Shown: positions 10,650 through 19,112 of the stretch, piece by piece
How positions within the stretch are numbered: the stretch's first letter is position 1
Layout: every line of letters begins with the position of its first letter
Program-made: the position numbers and the translations under genes
The notes under the pieces: model-generated
Databases searched by the model: none
What the model was told of the DNA's origin: nothing
The model's input: only the letters and a program-made list of their open reading frames with translations
Virus record (IMG/VR): IMGVR_UViG_3300032234_000392
Location: 1-64,000 of that record
Reading direction: 5' to 3' (one strand)
Source of the DNA: a virus
Lineage: Duplodnaviria; Caudoviricetes
Length of the DNA stretch: 64,000 nucleotides

Positions 10650-11112
10650 TTGATAATACCTGTTTCATTTCTAATTCTGTTTTAAACGGCCCTTTATATG
10701 GATAGCGTTCAAGAGTAATCTTTTTAGGACAAAAACTTTTAACCCAACCCTTTTCAAACTTAATTGTATAGTAGCCAGCGCAATATAAACTTTTTGAATC
10801 ATCACTCTTGGTAAACAATGGAAGTTTTTTTCGAATGTCGAACATAGCATTGTAGGGAGAAGTGCTGGTTGGATATCCGTGAACTTCATTAGGCAAAGCA
10901 TCTTCAGATTCTTTAACAATCTTTACAGTAAAGAATTTTTTACCAAATTCTCTTGTTAAACTTTCTTTGGTATCGTATATTTTAATACCACCTTCGTTGC
11001 TCATAACAAATCGATTGTCTTCATTTTTTCGAAGAGTAGCAACCTTCTCTCCATCTTGTTCGACAATCCAAAACTTATTATCAATAATTGGTTTGGCGTG
11101 TAATTCGGTCAT
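10636..11112 (-). CDS. Hypothetical protein
   Basis: 158 aa ORF with ATGA overlap to the RNase H gene. Confidence 0.65.
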   Translation of the reverse strand: MTELHAKPIIDNKFWIVEQDGEKVATLRKNEDNRFVMSNEGGIKIYDTKESLTREFGKKFFTVKIVKESEDALPNEVHGYPTSTSPYNAMFDIRKKLPLFTKSDDSKSLYCAGYYTIKFEKGWVKSFCPKKITLERYPYKGPFKTELEMKQVLSNVSK

Positions 11113-12095
11113 AATGTATACCTCGCATTTAATGGTTCTGCATAACTAGCTGCCTGTTCAGAAATTTTCTTTAGGTCATATAGTCCGCAGAATTTCATTA
11201 GTCTGATACCCACTTGACTAATGTCTTTGTTAGCAGATGTTGCAGTGCTAATTGTTTCTGCAATAATTTTTTTAATATCGTCGGGCTGTTGTGTAAGATC
11301 GATCAGTTTACGATTACGTTCGTAATCCTCTAACACTCGATGTTCTTTGCCCTCATGATCAGTCCAACGTTGAAGCATTAGATTATTCCAGTTAAATCCT
11401 TTTGAGTTGCGATCTTCAAATGCTTCTGTAAGGCCAACTTTCTTACTAGTGCCTTTAGTACGAACACCCGGATAAGCAGAAAATACATTATCACTAGTAT
11501 CACCACGCATACATTTTTCAAACAACAACCATTCTGGATTAGGTGCAGGCTTGGGCAACTGTGTTTTTTTATCGATAATTGGCTTACCTTTATCGTCAAA
11601 GTGTCCTTCGTGTGTAATTGTACATTCCATAACACCGTTGTATTGTTTTACATTGGGTGCAATTAACTGTACAAAATCAGTGTCTGTTGAAATAATAACA
11701 TGATTATCGTGCGGATGACTCTGTATCCAACCTGCAATTAAATCATCAGCTTCTAACTGACCGTGTTGTAGCACCGTACAATTAGTTTTTTCTGTAATAA
11801 AATCTTTAAAAGTATCAAACGCTTCCCAAAACACTTTTTCTTCTTCTTGCTCTTTTTCAGTATGTGCTGCACGAGCATCTGATCGATTGCGTTTGTAAGG
11901 AGCATAGTAGTCTTTACGCCAGCTACGACCTTCTAAACAGAAAATAACATGACTGCCTTCAAATTGTTGCCATGCCTTTCTAATAGAATTAAGTGTAATA
12001 TGAAATGCCATGCCGAGTTTAATATCAGCATCGCCGTTGATTACATGCCTAGCACGAAAAAACGTGTTAGCAGTATCGACTAAAATATATGTCAT
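11109..12095 (-). CDS. rnh: T4-type RNase H / 5'-3' flap exonuclease
   Basis: ILVDTAN, SWRK..Y..YKRNR, EADDLIA, ISTDTDFVQL, GDTSDNV. Confidence 0.9.
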   Translation of the reverse strand: MTYILVDTANTFFRARHVINGDADIKLGMAFHITLNSIRKAWQQFEGSHVIFCLEGRSWRKDYYAPYKRNRSDARAAHTEKEQEEEKVFWEAFDTFKDFITEKTNCTVLQHGQLEADDLIAGWIQSHPHDNHVIISTDTDFVQLIAPNVKQYNGVMECTITHEGHFDDKGKPIIDKKTQLPKPAPNPEWLLFEKCMRGDTSDNVFSAYPGVRTKGTSKKVGLTEAFEDRNSKGFNWNNLMLQRWTDHEGKEHRVLEDYERNRKLIDLTQQPDDIKKIIAETISTATSANKDISQVGIRLMKFCGLYDLKKISEQAASYAEPLNARYTL

Positions 12096-12535
12096 TGTGA
12101 TTGATTCTTTCTTTTAACTTCATTAATGTCAATAACACCGGTATTAACAGGACCACCGTAATCGCCGTCTACTACAACTCCAGCACATAGTTCACGGAAC
12201 CAACGATCAACAATTTCTTCATCCTTGTCGCCATCAAAACCGTAGCCCTCTTGCTTTAATTTTAACACAAATGGTTCATTCCAGTCAAGTTCAAAAAATC
12301 CGTTTCGAACATTATCTTTATTAACATGTGTGTTCAAAACACCAACCCAGGGTTCTTTCTTACGTGTAGCACGCTCTTTTGGTGTTAGCTTGGCCAACTC
12401 TTCTTGTTCTTGAACAACCTTTAATGCTTGTTCCGCTTCATCTTTTTTAGCAGTAGCTTCTTCTAATAGTTTATTAGCTATTGCAATGTTTGCTTCAATT
12501 TTATCAAAGCCTAGTAATTTTTTAATAAAGTTCAT
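12092..12535 (-). CDS. Hypothetical protein
   Basis: Start MNFIKK overlaps the queE stop. Confidence 0.65.
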   Translation of the reverse strand: MNFIKKLLGFDKIEANIAIANKLLEEATAKKDEAEQALKVVQEQEELAKLTPKERATRKKEPWVGVLNTHVNKDNVRNGFFELDWNEPFVLKLKQEGYGFDGDKDEEIVDRWFRELCAGVVVDGDYGGPVNTGVIDINEVKRKNQSQ

Positions 12536-13389
12536 TAAGTTCCCCACTCATTTTTAAACAACGGCACTTGCAATCTGTCACTGTATCGTAAACCGTTCTT
12601 CATTGCTAGTTCAGCAACACGGCGATTATTTAGTGCGTATACACTTTCGACTCCGCCCACAGGCATTAAGTATACCGGACCTTTAAATCCAGCGGCACGA
12701 TAAATGTCAACTGCTTCTAATGCTTCTTCTGCATCTTCTTCGGATGCAATGACAAATTTTAAATAGGTATAACCTGCTTCTTCGTACTCGCAGACAATCT
12801 CAGGACATATTGCTTCGTCTGGATGTTCGCCGCTGACACTTAGTTTAGCACTAACTGAAAATGTGACTTCTCTAGAAGCAAATGGCGGATTTTGACTCCA
12901 CAGTTGTAAGAATGTTTTAAATTCAGGACTAAGTTTTTGAGTACCGTTAGTTTCAAAAGTAATTTCTTTAAGACCAATCATACTAGGATGACTTAGCAAA
13001 TCTGGATAAGCACGTTGCCATCCTAGTAAAGGTTCGCCGCCTGTAATTACAAGATGCTCGTCCTCCCAACGTTTGAACGGTAATATCTCCATTGTACGTT
13101 CTACAATAGCATCTGTAGTTAATAATGGACTTAAATGTTTGAAGCGAGGATCCCAACTGGCATAGCTATCGCAGCCTGTACTAACCAAAGGCAACTCTTC
13201 ATATTTGGTAAACATATGTGCAACTTGTGCAATTTCATCTACTTCTTTGCTTGATTCGCCTTTAGACATACCAAATCCTGCACATTTAAAATTACAGCCA
13301 AATGTACGTAAGAAAACAGAAGGAACACCCATATAGCGTCCTTCACCTTGTATGCTGTAAAACAGCTCTGCAATTTTTATTTTACTCAT
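12535..13389 (-). CDS. queE: 7-carboxy-7-deazaguanine synthase (radical SAM)
   Basis: ELFYSIQGEG..G.PSVFLRTFGCN, ITGGEP, ETNGT, SVSAKL, RLQV. Confidence 0.9.
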   Translation of the reverse strand: MSKIKIAELFYSIQGEGRYMGVPSVFLRTFGCNFKCAGFGMSKGESSKEVDEIAQVAHMFTKYEELPLVSTGCDSYASWDPRFKHLSPLLTTDAIVERTMEILPFKRWEDEHLVITGGEPLLGWQRAYPDLLSHPSMIGLKEITFETNGTQKLSPEFKTFLQLWSQNPPFASREVTFSVSAKLSVSGEHPDEAICPEIVCEYEEAGYTYLKFVIASEEDAEEALEAVDIYRAAGFKGPVYLMPVGGVESVYALNNRRVAELAMKNGLRYSDRLQVPLFKNEWGT

Positions 13390-13394
13390 ACTTT

Positions 13395-13423
13395 ATTATA
13401 CACTCTTTTTGTTATGTTTGCAA
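13395..13423 (-). promoter_or_regulatory. Sigma70-type promoter for queE (probably leaderless)
   Basis: TTGCAA-17 nt-TATAAT with extended TG, 5 nt before the ATG; no SD. Confidence 0.7.
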
Positions 13424-13615
13424 CCGATTTTCTTTATCATTATATTCTTTTAGTAGTCTGCGACATTCTTGTTTAATTTCAATTGGATAATCTGGACTAA
13501 TCTCTGCCAAAGTACAATCATATACTTTGCCTTCTGGATAGTAATCAGAAAATACTGCCGCTGCTGCTACCAGCGATAGTCCAATGATTATGATTGTAGA
13601 ATCTTTCATATACAT
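13412..13615 (-). CDS. Small membrane-anchored hypothetical protein
   Basis: N-terminal hydrophobic helix. Confidence 0.55.
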   Translation of the reverse strand: MYMKDSTIIIIGLSLVAAAAVFSDYYPEGKVYDCTLAEISPDYPIEIKQECRRLLKEYNDKENRLQT

Positions 13616-13800
13616 TCGCTGATTAAAATTCTACACATAAGTGCATCTCGATCATCTTTAAAAAAGAATCGCATGTCGTCTGCAGACACTTCTGTAGTAT
13701 ATTTGCCGCCCGGTAATCCAAAATGTTCTATAATATTGGCACAGGTTTCATTCCACCACGTGTTGCTTTGACTTTCCCACGGTACTCGTATTTCTGTCAT
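13606..13800 (-). CDS. Hypothetical protein
   Basis: 64 aa ORF with ATGA coupling. Confidence 0.6.
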   Translation of the reverse strand: MTEIRVPWESQSNTWWNETCANIIEHFGLPGGKYTTEVSADDMRFFFKDDRDALMCRILISECI

Positions 13801-14174
13801 TTACGATAGTTGCCTTTTTCTGGTATTACATGACGAACTCCCCCTGTAGGATCAGCCATGTCGCCTTTTCTACGAGGTATTAAATGCACATGAGGATATG
13901 GTACAGTTTGTCCTGCAGCTTCGCCCCAATTAAGTCCGATGTTAAAACCATCCCATTCACCTGCTTTAACCTTTTCCTGACCTATTTTAAGAGCATCTGC
14001 AAAACAGTCTTCAATAACACCGTTGGCAGAGTATTTAGGCACAAACAACATGTGCCCATCAGTTACCGGATATTTGTCTTTAAAGATTATCACATGAAAG
14101 TCTTCTCTTACTACATCGTCCCAGGGTGCTTGACCTGCTTCGCGAGCATCGTCCAACGAATAATGTAAATTCAT
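13797..14174 (-). CDS. HIT family nucleotide hydrolase
   Basis: DKYPVTDGH.L, GFNIG.N.GEAAGQTV..PHVHLIPR; start reassigned to MNLHY. Confidence 0.85.
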   Translation of the reverse strand: MNLHYSLDDAREAGQAPWDDVVREDFHVIIFKDKYPVTDGHMLFVPKYSANGVIEDCFADALKIGQEKVKAGEWDGFNIGLNWGEAAGQTVPYPHVHLIPRRKGDMADPTGGVRHVIPEKGNYRK

Positions 14175-14175
14175 A

Positions 14176-14415
14176 CTAACCTCTTGTTCCCGTTTGTGTT
14201 CTTGTAATACTAGGACCATCACTTTCAAAGTCCATGCCAGCCGAACGACCTTCATATTTCTGGCCATTCCACTTCATTGAAATTTTAATGGCTTTATTAA
14301 TAATAATATTGAGCTTGACATGCTCTTCAAAACTTTCTACAACAGCTTCGGTGTTCTTAGAACTCTTAGCCATTTTTACCATACAAGTTTCGCTGTGTCT
14401 AGATATTGTACCCAT
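14176..14415 (-). CDS. Hypothetical protein
   Basis: Start reassigned to MGTISRH. Confidence 0.6.
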   Translation of the reverse strand: MGTISRHSETCMVKMAKSSKNTEAVVESFEEHVKLNIIINKAIKISMKWNGQKYEGRSAGMDFESDGPSITRTQTGTRG

Positions 14416-14416
14416 A

Positions 14417-14557
14417 TTATTTTTTCTTTTGATGTTTTGCCATTGCGTCGGCACTACGCTGTTGAAAATCTACCATACTATGATATCCCATTTGATAACA
14501 AGGACAATGGTTGCCTAAAATCCAACGAGCTAATTTAATTCGTATTTTTTTAATCAT
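14417..14557 (-). CDS. Small hypothetical protein (46 aa, MIKKIRIKLARWILGNHCPCY...), not in the ORF track
   Basis: ATGA overlap with the PRTase stop; fills the gap exactly. Confidence 0.55.
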   Translation of the reverse strand: MIKKIRIKLARWILGNHCPCYQMGYHSMVDFQQRSADAMAKHQKKK

Positions 14558-15120
14558 TTAGTCCACCAATCTTCCCAAGGGAAATCTACCCAAACATCGT
14601 TTTCAGCTTTGTTAACTTCCATACCAACGTAATCCATGTTTGCTGTACATTGGCTGGCAAGATTATCCACTAGCACTGCAAATTTAACATTTTGATTCCA
14701 TACATCGTTTTCCCATGTCGGGTCGCCCGGAAAACAACCGCTAGCCCAATCTTTCATAATCCAATTAAAGGTAGCTCCTGTATCGTTGATGTCGTCAACA
14801 ATAAGAATGTCCTTGGCACGTCCTTCCTGTAGTAAAGACATCGGATCGTCTAACATAGGATCAATAGTTTTATCAGTATGTCCTAGTGCATCCTGTGCCA
14901 TCCACAGATTACTTTCAGGTCCAGTTTCACTGTCACGTAGGCTAACACTCAATGAATACATTGGTACATTAAGATAATGACTAATCATAACTGCAGGAAT
15001 CAACCCGCCGCGGGTTAATCCTACAATATAATCTGGATGCCATCCGCTTAGGATAATATCTCGACACAGTTTAGCAACTAATCCGTTGAGCTGCTGATTA
15101 TTAATAATTAATTTATTCAT
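14554..15120 (-). CDS. Purine phosphoribosyltransferase (XGPRT/HGPRT-like)
   Basis: IVGLTRGGLIPA, PRPP-binding ILIVDDINDTGAT, C-terminal WVDFPWE. Confidence 0.85.
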   Translation of the reverse strand: MNKLIINNQQLNGLVAKLCRDIILSGWHPDYIVGLTRGGLIPAVMISHYLNVPMYSLSVSLRDSETGPESNLWMAQDALGHTDKTIDPMLDDPMSLLQEGRAKDILIVDDINDTGATFNWIMKDWASGCFPGDPTWENDVWNQNVKFAVLVDNLASQCTANMDYVGMEVNKAENDVWVDFPWEDWWTK

Positions 15121-15337
15121 ATTCTGTTTGACCCTTTAACCATACATCAACTTGATTCTCTGCTTCTTGTTGACTAACGGCTAACACTTTAAACCAAATA
15201 CATTCTTGATTTGCACGAATATCAAATGGAATTCTACCGCCTCTAAGTTCTAGTGGCTCGTCTAACATACGTTTAACTTCAAACTCTGTTAATGACATTA
15301 CTCGGTTAAGTACTTCTGCAGTAGTATTATTAATCAT
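15113..15337 (-). CDS. Hypothetical protein
   Basis: 74 aa ORF, coupled to neighbours. Confidence 0.55.
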   Translation of the reverse strand: MINNTTAEVLNRVMSLTEFEVKRMLDEPLELRGGRIPFDIRANQECIWFKVLAVSQQEAENQVDVWLKGQTEYE

Positions 15338-15537
15338 GATTGAGACCTTGGACTAGTGCAACTGTCATTCCATAATTCTTGAGCTTGTTTTTTATACTCG
15401 TTTAAATCCCACTCTGCTTGTTTGGCTTGATATTGTTCTTCGGTCAATCCATGCCAACCGATGCACTTACCTGTAGGTGAACGACCGCAGCCGCAGGCTG
15501 CTCCGCCTTGTTGTATTTGATCTGCTTTAATCTGCAT
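15334..15537 (-). CDS. CDGSH-like [2Fe-2S] small protein
   Basis: CGCGRSPTGKCIGWH matches the CxCxxS...CxGxH spacing. Confidence 0.6.
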   Translation of the reverse strand: MQIKADQIQQGGAACGCGRSPTGKCIGWHGLTEEQYQAKQAEWDLNEYKKQAQELWNDSCTSPRSQS

Positions 15538-15546
15538 AATTATTCC

Positions 15547-16317
15547 TTATCTAGGAGCAAAGTCCTGTTGTAGTTTAATGTTATCAAAAAATTCTTTCTT
15601 GGTACTTTGATCTTCTTTGAAAGCACCTTTAAGCACTGTAGTCTGTGTTAAAGAACTATGTGCCATAATACCACGATTCTCACAACAACCGTGTACCGCT
15701 TGAATATAAACACCTACATCCTTAGCACCTGTTGCCTTCATAATTTCACGTGCTATATCATTGGCTAATTCTTCTTGAAGTGTACCACGGCGAGCGCACC
15801 ACTGAGCAATACGAGTATACTTACTAAGACCGATAAGTTTGTTAGCAGCAATAATGCCAATGTAAGCGACACCACTAACAGGCTGGTGATGATGACTACA
15901 CAGACTGCGTAGTTCACTACGGACGACCAACATACCTTCATATCTATCCTCACTGTCATTAGGGAAAGCAGTGGCATCTGGGTTAGGATCATAACGACCG
16001 CTCATAATTTCGTTAAAATACATTTTAGCTAGTCGTCGTGCAGTACCGTGACTGTTAGGATCGTTTTCCCGATCGATCAGCAAACGATCAAGAACTAATT
16101 CAAAAGCTTCTGTAGCTTCATCGATTAGTTTATGTTTCATTTCTTCAGTGACATATTCTGAAATATTGTCACCTGCCCAGAACCGTTTTTGATCACGTTT
16201 CATTTTAAAACGAATAGCATCAGCTAGATACGTTTCTTTATAGTCCTTGTTAGTGTCATCCTGCTGTTCTGCTCCGGCAAGAACATTTTTTAAATCTTCT
16301 GATGTAAATGTTGTCAA
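15547..16317 (-). CDS. folE: GTP cyclohydrolase I
   Basis: SLCSHHHQP, IGLSKYTR, LQEEL, HGCCENRG. Confidence 0.95.
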   Translation of the reverse strand: MTTFTSEDLKNVLAGAEQQDDTNKDYKETYLADAIRFKMKRDQKRFWAGDNISEYVTEEMKHKLIDEATEAFELVLDRLLIDRENDPNSHGTARRLAKMYFNEIMSGRYDPNPDATAFPNDSEDRYEGMLVVRSELRSLCSHHHQPVSGVAYIGIIAANKLIGLSKYTRIAQWCARRGTLQEELANDIAREIMKATGAKDVGVYIQAVHGCCENRGIMAHSSLTQTTVLKGAFKEDQSTKKEFFDNIKLQQDFAPR

Positions 16318-16355
16318 CTTATTTCTCCGAGTTTATGACGTGGATGTCATTTTAA

Positions 16356-17450
16356 TTATTTTAACATCTTTAACAGTTGACTGCAACTGAAAAAGTTTTC
16401 TGTAAGTATATCTGTTTGTGTATTTAGGCGAGGTAAGAATTTTTGGTAATTTTCCATATAATTTATAATATGCTCTACAACCAAATGTCTACGTTTCATA
16501 TATGATTCAAATGATTCAGTCCATTCTGAAGGATATTTAAATTCGTCTAAGGCCATTTCACTGTAGCTTAATCTATCTGGAACCATAGGAATTGCATCCA
16601 CTACAGCACCTTCATACCAGCTAATGCCTAGAGTTTCTTGCAAGTTAGCACTGAATACTAGTTTTGCTTCACCTAATAAATTATGATATTCATTCTTTGA
16701 AAGTTGTTGATCCTGACAAACAACAAATTCATACTGCGGTAGTTGTTCTTTTAAGTCTCGGAAGATTTCAACTTGCTTTTCTGGAGCGATACGATGCGGG
16801 AATAAAATAAGATCACGCTTGGGCATATTCTTATACATTGACAGAGTATCTGGCATATATTCCATAGGCCATCCACTACGTACAATTTTCTTGGTTGAAA
16901 TGTAATCCTGCATATCTTCATGACGCCATGGATTTTCAGCCATGCCATCGTTAAGTAAATTAGCATCGAACATATCTATGTGAAACTGTGTAGCAAAATA
17001 GTTATGATCAATAGCTGCAAAGAATGACTTTTCAGCGTGTCTAACCCAACCAGCATTGCCAATAAGACGTCCTAGGAAATCTTGCGGATCATATGAACCA
17101 GCATGCCACAGTGCGTGAATAGTCACAGGTATCTGCAACAGTTCACTCATGTACTTTAAGTTTATAATGCCCGGATGCCAAGCATCAGTAAAAATAAAAT
17201 GGTCGCCAGCGCGAATGCGTCCATTGCAAAATAACCGACCCATTTGTTCAACCTGACTAGCCTTGTATATATTGGTACCACCAAAATTAAGAAAAGCGCC
17301 AGGAGTAGTGGCTGTAGGAATGTCCGTAGGCCCAGATATAATTTCGACATGATGTCCTTTTGATCGTAGTAACGCAGGCAAGTGGGATTTCCACTCACCT
17401 GTGTATCTAGTTTCTACTGCTTCGAGATCAACGAGAAAAACGTTGCTCAT
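16356..17450 (-). CDS. GT-B glycosyltransferase (GT4-like; resembles the GTDC1/QTMAN family)
   Basis: FPHRIAPEK, SKNEYHNLL, SANLQETLGISWYEG (ExxGxxxxE donor motif), PDRLSYSE. Confidence 0.75.
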   Translation of the reverse strand: MSNVFLVDLEAVETRYTGEWKSHLPALLRSKGHHVEIISGPTDIPTATTPGAFLNFGGTNIYKASQVEQMGRLFCNGRIRAGDHFIFTDAWHPGIINLKYMSELLQIPVTIHALWHAGSYDPQDFLGRLIGNAGWVRHAEKSFFAAIDHNYFATQFHIDMFDANLLNDGMAENPWRHEDMQDYISTKKIVRSGWPMEYMPDTLSMYKNMPKRDLILFPHRIAPEKQVEIFRDLKEQLPQYEFVVCQDQQLSKNEYHNLLGEAKLVFSANLQETLGISWYEGAVVDAIPMVPDRLSYSEMALDEFKYPSEWTESFESYMKRRHLVVEHIINYMENYQKFLPRLNTQTDILTENFFSCSQLLKMLK

Positions 17451-17682
17451 TCTTTCTGCCATTGTTATCCCAACGTGGATTTTTACCCATATAAGGTCTG
17501 CGAGGACGTTTGCTAGCTAAGTATGCAGCATAGTTTGCAGATTCTTTGCGATACAAGTCCGCAGGGTTGAACTCACAGAGTTCAATACGACAGTAGTCGT
17601 GATATGCTTCGAGGTCGTCGAATACACGAACAACATCTGGGCGATTTTCAAAATAAGCGTAATCTTTATAGTTCTTAGCCAT
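17428..17682 (-). CDS. Hypothetical protein
   Basis: 84 aa ORF with GAGG SD. Confidence 0.6.
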   Translation of the reverse strand: MAKNYKDYAYFENRPDVVRVFDDLEAYHDYCRIELCEFNPADLYRKESANYAAYLASKRPRRPYMGKNPRWDNNGRKNEQRFSR

Positions 17683-17694
17683 TATAGCCTCTTG

Positions 17695-18084
17695 TTAATA
17701 TTTGATAAAACTACCATTTTCTCCATCTTCGGAGACCTCAATCCAAACCTCACGGTCTGGATACTTTTGTGAGATTTGAGCATATAAATCATCACTCATC
17801 ATCTCGCAACTTTTAAAATCTAAACTTAGTGTAGCATCTTTATAAAGATTTTCTAACCAACGTTTAAATTGTATAAATTCTACATCACGATCGTTATGCG
17901 TAACTCCTAGCCAAACACGAAAGTGAAAGATATGACGATGTTCGTTTGCAAGAAACGATACATCATATTCATCGCCTGTGGCTAGATTAGGATCAGTTGC
18001 TGCCGCAGGGTATTTGTGAATACCTTCTTTACGAAAAGTGACCCAAATCATTTTATTTGGTCTAATATCTTGTTTAATGTTCAT
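17695..18084 (-). CDS. dpdL: QueD-like T-fold protein, probable DpdL (CDG decarboxylase) family
   Basis: LANEHRHIFHFRV fits the LxxxHRHxF signature as I recall it; also EFIQFK, SCEM, VSEDGENG; lacks the QueD CxxxHGH motif. Confidence 0.65.
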   Translation of the reverse strand: MNIKQDIRPNKMIWVTFRKEGIHKYPAAATDPNLATGDEYDVSFLANEHRHIFHFRVWLGVTHNDRDVEFIQFKRWLENLYKDATLSLDFKSCEMMSDDLYAQISQKYPDREVWIEVSEDGENGSFIKY

Positions 18085-18129
18085 ATTTGTAAATCCAATG
18101 TGTAATTTTTAAAAAGGCAGTTTTATAGA

Positions 18130-18137
18130 TATAAATA
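18130..18137 (+). promoter_or_regulatory. T4-type late promoter for the tRNA-like gene
   Basis: Exact TATAAATA 6 nt upstream of the tRNA 5' end. Confidence 0.65.
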
Positions 18138-18143
18138 TTTTAT

Positions 18144-18217
18144 GCGGTTAGTAGCATAGTGGTTATGCGCTAGGTGTCCAACTTAGAGACGGAGGTTCGA
18201 TCCCCCCAACCGCTCCA
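18144..18217 (+). tRNA. Atypical tRNA-Gly(UCC)-like gene, possibly non-translational or a pseudo-tRNA
   Basis: Cloverleaf: GCGGTT/AACCGC acceptor, GCAT/ATGC D-stem, CTAGG/CTTAG anticodon stem with loop TGTCCAA, GGTTCGAT, U73 and encoded CCA; G33 and irregular stems. Confidence 0.75.
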
Positions 18218-18246
18218 ACAATTTGATTGATAATCATTTTGCAGGT

Positions 18247-18591
18247 TCATCCTCGGAGATTCTCCATAGTAATAATTTTTCCAAGTTCTGCACCTAGATC
18301 TTTGTCTTCAGTGATTACATATAAACTGTTGTAATTTTCATCTTTACGTCGATCGTAGGTTCGAGTTTCAACAACAACACCGCCGTTGGCTTTATAGACC
18401 TGCAATCGAAATCCGTTGCTATCAATTGAAGGCGATTCGTCAACACTAATTGAACACGGATAGTCATCATCCGGATCATTCATTAGCCAATTGCGAAGTT
18501 TTTGTTTTAGCGTAAGTTTCATTTTTTTCTTTATCAGTGACGATCGTGTACTTCTTATTCGTGGAATTTGTGCTACAGTTCCGTAATTCAT
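18247..18591 (-). CDS. Hypothetical protein
   Basis: 114 aa ORF with ATGA coupling. Confidence 0.6.
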   Translation of the reverse strand: MNYGTVAQIPRIRSTRSSLIKKKMKLTLKQKLRNWLMNDPDDDYPCSISVDESPSIDSNGFRLQVYKANGGVVVETRTYDRRKDENYNSLYVITEDKDLGAELGKIITMENLRG

Positions 18592-19112
18592 TTAACAATC
18601 TCATCATTCTTGTATTGTGCCCAGTCTGTAAACTTGCTACGATCCATTAGTGTGTGTAGACTGTGCGACCACACTCCGGGATTGGTTGCTTTAAAATCTT
18701 TATCATCGATCTTTAACATTGTATTGTAGTTCCACAACTTAATGTATGGGATAGGTACACGAATCTGCGGAATAAAGTTGTTGTATTCGTTTAATCCGCC
18801 GTCGTTGAATTGATCTACAGCACTTAATGGAATATCGAGACTGCATAAAAAATCATTTTCTAAACAAGAAATAACCATGTCTTCCCATTGTTTCCAATCG
18901 TCGTAGTCGTTATGTTTAGGATTGAAACTGTGATTAGCACCAAAAAAGATATGTTTACAGTTATTATTTCTAGCTAATTCGATGATAACTTGCTCGTTGT
19001 GAACTCCGACTACAAACAAAGTTTTCATTCCGAATGCAGGAGTGTGTTCTACTTCAGTACCAACAAAAAAGTTGATATCATTTTCTACACCTGTACTATA
19101 ATCTCTTTTCAT
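18588..19112 (-). CDS. Hypothetical alpha/beta protein in the deazaguanine cluster
   Basis: 174 aa, enzyme-like motifs (GTEVEHTP, HIFFGANHSF, KIDD..F.ATNPGVW). Confidence 0.7.
   Translation of the reverse strand: MKRDYSTGVENDINFFVGTEVEHTPAFGMKTLFVVGVHNEQVIIELARNNNCKHIFFGANHSFNPKHNDYDDWKQWEDMVISCLENDFLCSLDIPLSAVDQFNDGGLNEYNNFIPQIRVPIPYIKLWNYNTMLKIDDKDFKATNPGVWSHSLHTLMDRSKFTDWAQYKNDEIVK

Noticed and set aside
16318-16355. Canonical preQ1-I or THF-II riboswitch upstream of folE
   Set aside because: The leader is too short and the 6-nt loop lacks the consensus; kept only as a speculative hairpin
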